From NCBI GenBank assembly GCA_001179505.1, contig CDMY01000613.1:248001-312000 (forward strand): a DNA stretch of 64,000 nucleotides, read 5' to 3'. The translations under genes were made by a program, and so were the position numbers. How positions within the stretch are numbered: position 1 is the first letter of the stretch; every line of letters begins with the position of its first letter. Source of the DNA: Vitrella brassicaformis CCMP3155. Lineage: Eukaryota > Protista > Chromerida. The notes beneath the pieces are model-generated. The model was not told the DNA's origin. It saw nothing but the letters and a program-made list of their open reading frames with translations, and did not search any database. Below, one piece after another: positions 60,406 through 64,000 of the stretch.

Positions 60406-62872
60406 ATGGCGAGCATCCGGAAGGAGACGGAGAGGGCGGTGGTGCAGTTCGGTGTGAACGTGATAGGCTTCCTCTTCATCCTCTGCATCTACTACAACTA
60501 CGTCATCCTCCAGGGCTACTTCTACGCCCTCTTCTGGGCAATCATCCTCAGCATCCCCCTATTCAGCATCAAGACCACCATCATGGACGTGCTGGCTCTC
60601 GAACACGACACGCACCAATACGGGTCGTCATCAAGCATCACCTACGTCCAGCAAAGGGTGGTGGCACCGCCGCCTGTGCAGCCGGTGCCAATGGCACAAC
60701 GGCAGAGAGAAAGGTCGAGGTCGCCGCGGCACTCGCAGTCACAGCCAGAGGCCCGGCCATCCCTTGTATCGCCCGGCAAGCGCCCCAACAACGGATCTGG
60801 CAGCGGCTCGTGGACAATGTTCATCATCTGGCGCATCCTGGTGCTGCTGTTCGAGCCCGTCTGGGGGCTCATCAACGGCGTCGAGAGCCGGCGCGCGTCA
60901 GACCCGTACTTCGGGGTGTTGTGGCGCAGCGTCATCACGCTCAAGGCGTGGCAGTTTATCTACTTTTATCGCGAGACGGTGGTGGTGGCTGGGTGCACCG
61001 GGGTGGCCATGTTTGTGGGGATGCGGTTCATCCGGTCGTCGGCCGTCGTCACCGAGATCAAGTCGTACATCCAGTCGCTGCTGCAGTCGATCCGTATACT
61101 GCTCTCCTGGCTGCCTCTCAACGAGATACTCGTCGTGTGCGTCATTGTGGGCTCCATTCTCGGATTCATGGCCATTGTCGGCTTCTTCGCCTTTCAGCTC
61201 GGTAGGTAGCTAACACAACATAACACGCCCACAGAGACAGACACCCACAGAGAGAGAGAGAGAGAGGGGAGTGCACTCGATAGATACCCCGTATAGACAG
61301 ACACCTTTGTGTCTGGCTGTCCCTGTGTGGTGCAGCCCAGGAGAGCGTGCAGCTGTGGGAGCTGATCAATCGGTTTTTCCGTTCCAACATCTTCGAGAGC
61401 GCCTTTTGGCAGGACAACGTCATCACGACCGTCGACTGGGCCTACAGCAACCTGGACATCGGCGGGGAGGACCTCACCGTCAAGAAGGGCTACGATCAGC
61501 TGGCCGAGTGGATCAAGAACACCGCCCTCCAGCAGCTCACGGCCATGGGCATCAACATCGACATGTACAGCCAGTACTACTTGCTCTTCACACAGGCCCT
61601 CACCGCTGACTACCCACACAGTGTGGCACAAGACGGAGGAGGAGGACCACCACAACAACCAGTAGGGGCAGCAGGGGCAGCAGGAGCAGCAGCCAGACAG
61701 GCGCCGCAGATCCCCCACCCACACCGACACTCACACACCAATCGGACGTCATCCACACCCACCATCGGCGCAGGGCACGCCCCCTTCATCCCCTTCTCCC
61801 CCTTCCACCATCACCACCAAGCAGACAGGCGGCCGCATGGCCATGGATGGATGGCCCCCGCACCCCAAGCACCCCAAGCGGCCCAACCAGGCGACCAACC
61901 GCCAAGGGCAGCCGAAAGCGCCCAGGTGCCCAGTGAGCCGGGCCGCAGCGGCAGCCAGCCGGAGTGTGACGACGACAGTCCAGAAGGGTGTGGCGAGCCG
62001 CCCACGGCCGACAGCAAGCCGAGTGCCGGCCAGCAGGACAACGTGTCGTCGCGTGTTGCGGCTGGGGGCGGTGTGAGGGGCGGGGGAGGAGGTGGCGGGC
62101 CGGCGACGACGTCGATATCGATGTCAGAGTTCTGGGGCCGATTCCCCACCACTCTCGAGTTCGTGTCGGAGCTGCGCCGGGGCAACATCACCGCTATCAC
62201 ACAAATCAAAAAGGTGAGTGACCGACACGCACGCCGACCCGACTCTCTGTGTGTGCGGTGAGGTGATCATGTAGCATGTAGCATGTACCACTGAATGTGC
62301 GTTCGTTGTGTTGTGTGCGGCGGGCGTGTCAGGTGTGGCGAGAGCTGTCAGACAAGCTGCTGGAGGGGACGACCAGTGAGGTGCAGGAGTGGGTCAACAG
62401 CATACAGTCATACCTCCACACCATGGTCTCGGGCGTCGTCGGAACCGGGTCGGCGCACACACGGACAGACAGACAGACAGACAGACAGGCAGCTTGCGAG
62501 AGAGGCAATGGTCTCATCTCACCATCATCCATCCATCGATCCATCCATCCATTGTGGAGTGCAGGTCTTACCCGATGCGTTTCCTGACGTTCGCGGCGAT
62601 GCTGCTCTATCAATTCTGCGTGTCCGCATTTGACATGGTCTTTCAGGTCAGCCCAGACACCGATGGCACGCACCAACACACAGAACATCTATCCATTGTG
62701 TCGCCTGTCTGTCTGTCTGTCTGTCTGTGTATCTCTGTTTGTGTGTGTGCAGGCACTGACCTTCTTCACGGCTCTGTACTACCTGCTCACCCCGCGTGTG
62801 TCGTGCCTCAACTACCTAGAGCAGGTGGGGGGCTCTCTGCGGGCGGCCAGCGGCCGTCCGCACGGCCGACTG

Positions 62873-62910
<38 letters not shown>

Positions 62911-64000
62911 TGTGCAGCTCCTGTCGCTGGTGGATCCCTCCCAGCTCATCTACGGCTGCATCGAGGGCGGCTTCAGAGCCATCCTCGTGTCGTCCATGAA
63001 ACGCTGCCTCTTCTACAGGCAGGCAAACAACACTACACACAGACACAGACACAGACACAGCAGAAGCTTCGACCGACCAAATCTCTCTCTCTCTCTCTCC
63101 CTCTCCCTCTGTCTATCTGTCTGCCTGTCTGCCTGTCTGATCAGCTTTTACACGTGGCACATCTTTTGTTGGTTCGACGTGCCGATAGTGTTTGTGCCGA
63201 CGGCTTTCGCGGTGCTGATAGCCCTGGTGCCCATCATCCCCCCCGAGGTGGTGACGCTCCCCGCCGTCTTCTACCTGTGGTTCCACGCCAGGCGCATCGC
63301 TGCTCTCGCACTCCTCTCCATCACCGGGTCAGTCAGTGAGGCGGTCGGCCGGTCGGTCGGTAGATAGAAAGATGGTCTATTGTGTGTATCTACTATCTTT
63401 GCTGGGGCGGATTGTCTGTCTGTCTGTCTGTGTGTATGTCTGTGTGTGCAGGTACGTGTATTGGTACGTGACGACGGCCATCTACGCGGAGATCCCCGAC
63501 TCCAACCCCTGGCTGGTGGGCCTCTCTGTGGTGCTCGGCATATGGGCTCTCGGGCTCAAGGGCGTCATCGTAGGTACGCCTGACGCACCCACCCACCCCA
63601 CCAGCCCGCCCGTCCGTCCGTCCGTCTGTCTGATGTGGGATGGATGAATGAATGAATGAATGATGCAGGCCCGTTGATCGCCTCCATCCCAGTGATTCTG
63701 TACAACATCGTGGCGCGGTACAACGCCAATAAGCGGCGTGAGACCCGCGCTATCAAGCGGCGGCGCGTCCGGCGGGCCACCCGGCGCATCTACCACTACC
63801 GCATGGCGTATGCCCACCCCCATCCCCACCAGATGCACCACCCCATGTACCACCCCGGCGGCCCCTACTCTCACCACTTGCACATGGCCATGCGGTCGTC
63901 CACCATGCACCCAGCAGGGGCCAGGACGGGCTTGAGGGCGGCGTCGGTGGACAGCACCACTGGGGGGTCGCCCAGGCCACCCGTACCCACCACCTCCACA
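60406..64000 (+). CDS. TMEM245: TMEM245-like multi-pass membrane protein (AI-2E transporter superfamily); 3' partial
   Basis: N-terminal YFYALFWAIILSIPL. C-terminal FYTWHIFCWFDVPIVFVPTAFAVLIALVPII...IYAEIPDSNPWLVGLSVVLGIWALGLKGVIVG|PLIASIPVILYNI parallels TMEM245 (HPYLTGLAVAGG...GLEGAIIGP). The frame stays open to the window end. Confidence 0.85.

Noticed and set aside
1-64000. rRNA, tRNA, snoRNA, CRISPR arrays, transposase or reverse-transcriptase genes
   Set aside because: No cloverleaf, rRNA-like segment, repeat-spacer array, or RT/integrase/transposase motif was recognised by eye. A covariance-model scan (tRNAscan-SE, Infernal) would be needed to exclude small ncRNAs.

Overview
Eukaryotic, GC-rich, intron-dense genomic DNA. 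The microsatellite-filled introns, oocyst-wall-type protein and Apple domain point to a chromerid alveolate, most likely Vitrella brassicaformis (inference, no database check). Most entries in the six-frame ORF track are exon fragments or antisense shadows. Splicing by hand gives 13 genes: a LON N-domain protein, an IQ/TPR-like protein, an EF-hand/WD40 protein, an RGG/SAM-like protein, a large orphan secreted protein, a DUF676 lipase-like hydrolase, an oocyst-wall-protein-like Cys/Tyr/His repeat protein, a probable pseudo-subtilase+Apple+ZP-like protein, a ~3,300-aa DUF3712/Tag1-like repeat membrane protein, a secreted HOTHEAD-like GMC oxidoreductase with an extra N-terminal domain, a type I membrane mucin/SEA-like protein, LMF1 and TMEM245. 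No rRNA, tRNA, CRISPR or intact mobile element was seen. The most striking signal is the 29.9-34.9 kb gene. A 16-nt micro-exon joins a probably inactive subtilase and an Apple domain to a zona pellucida (ZP)-like module, a fold described mainly from animals. It sits in a run of secretory genes, several carrying RRL(Q) motifs, that may build a cyst wall. Exon boundaries are hand-predicted, so internal structure is approximate.
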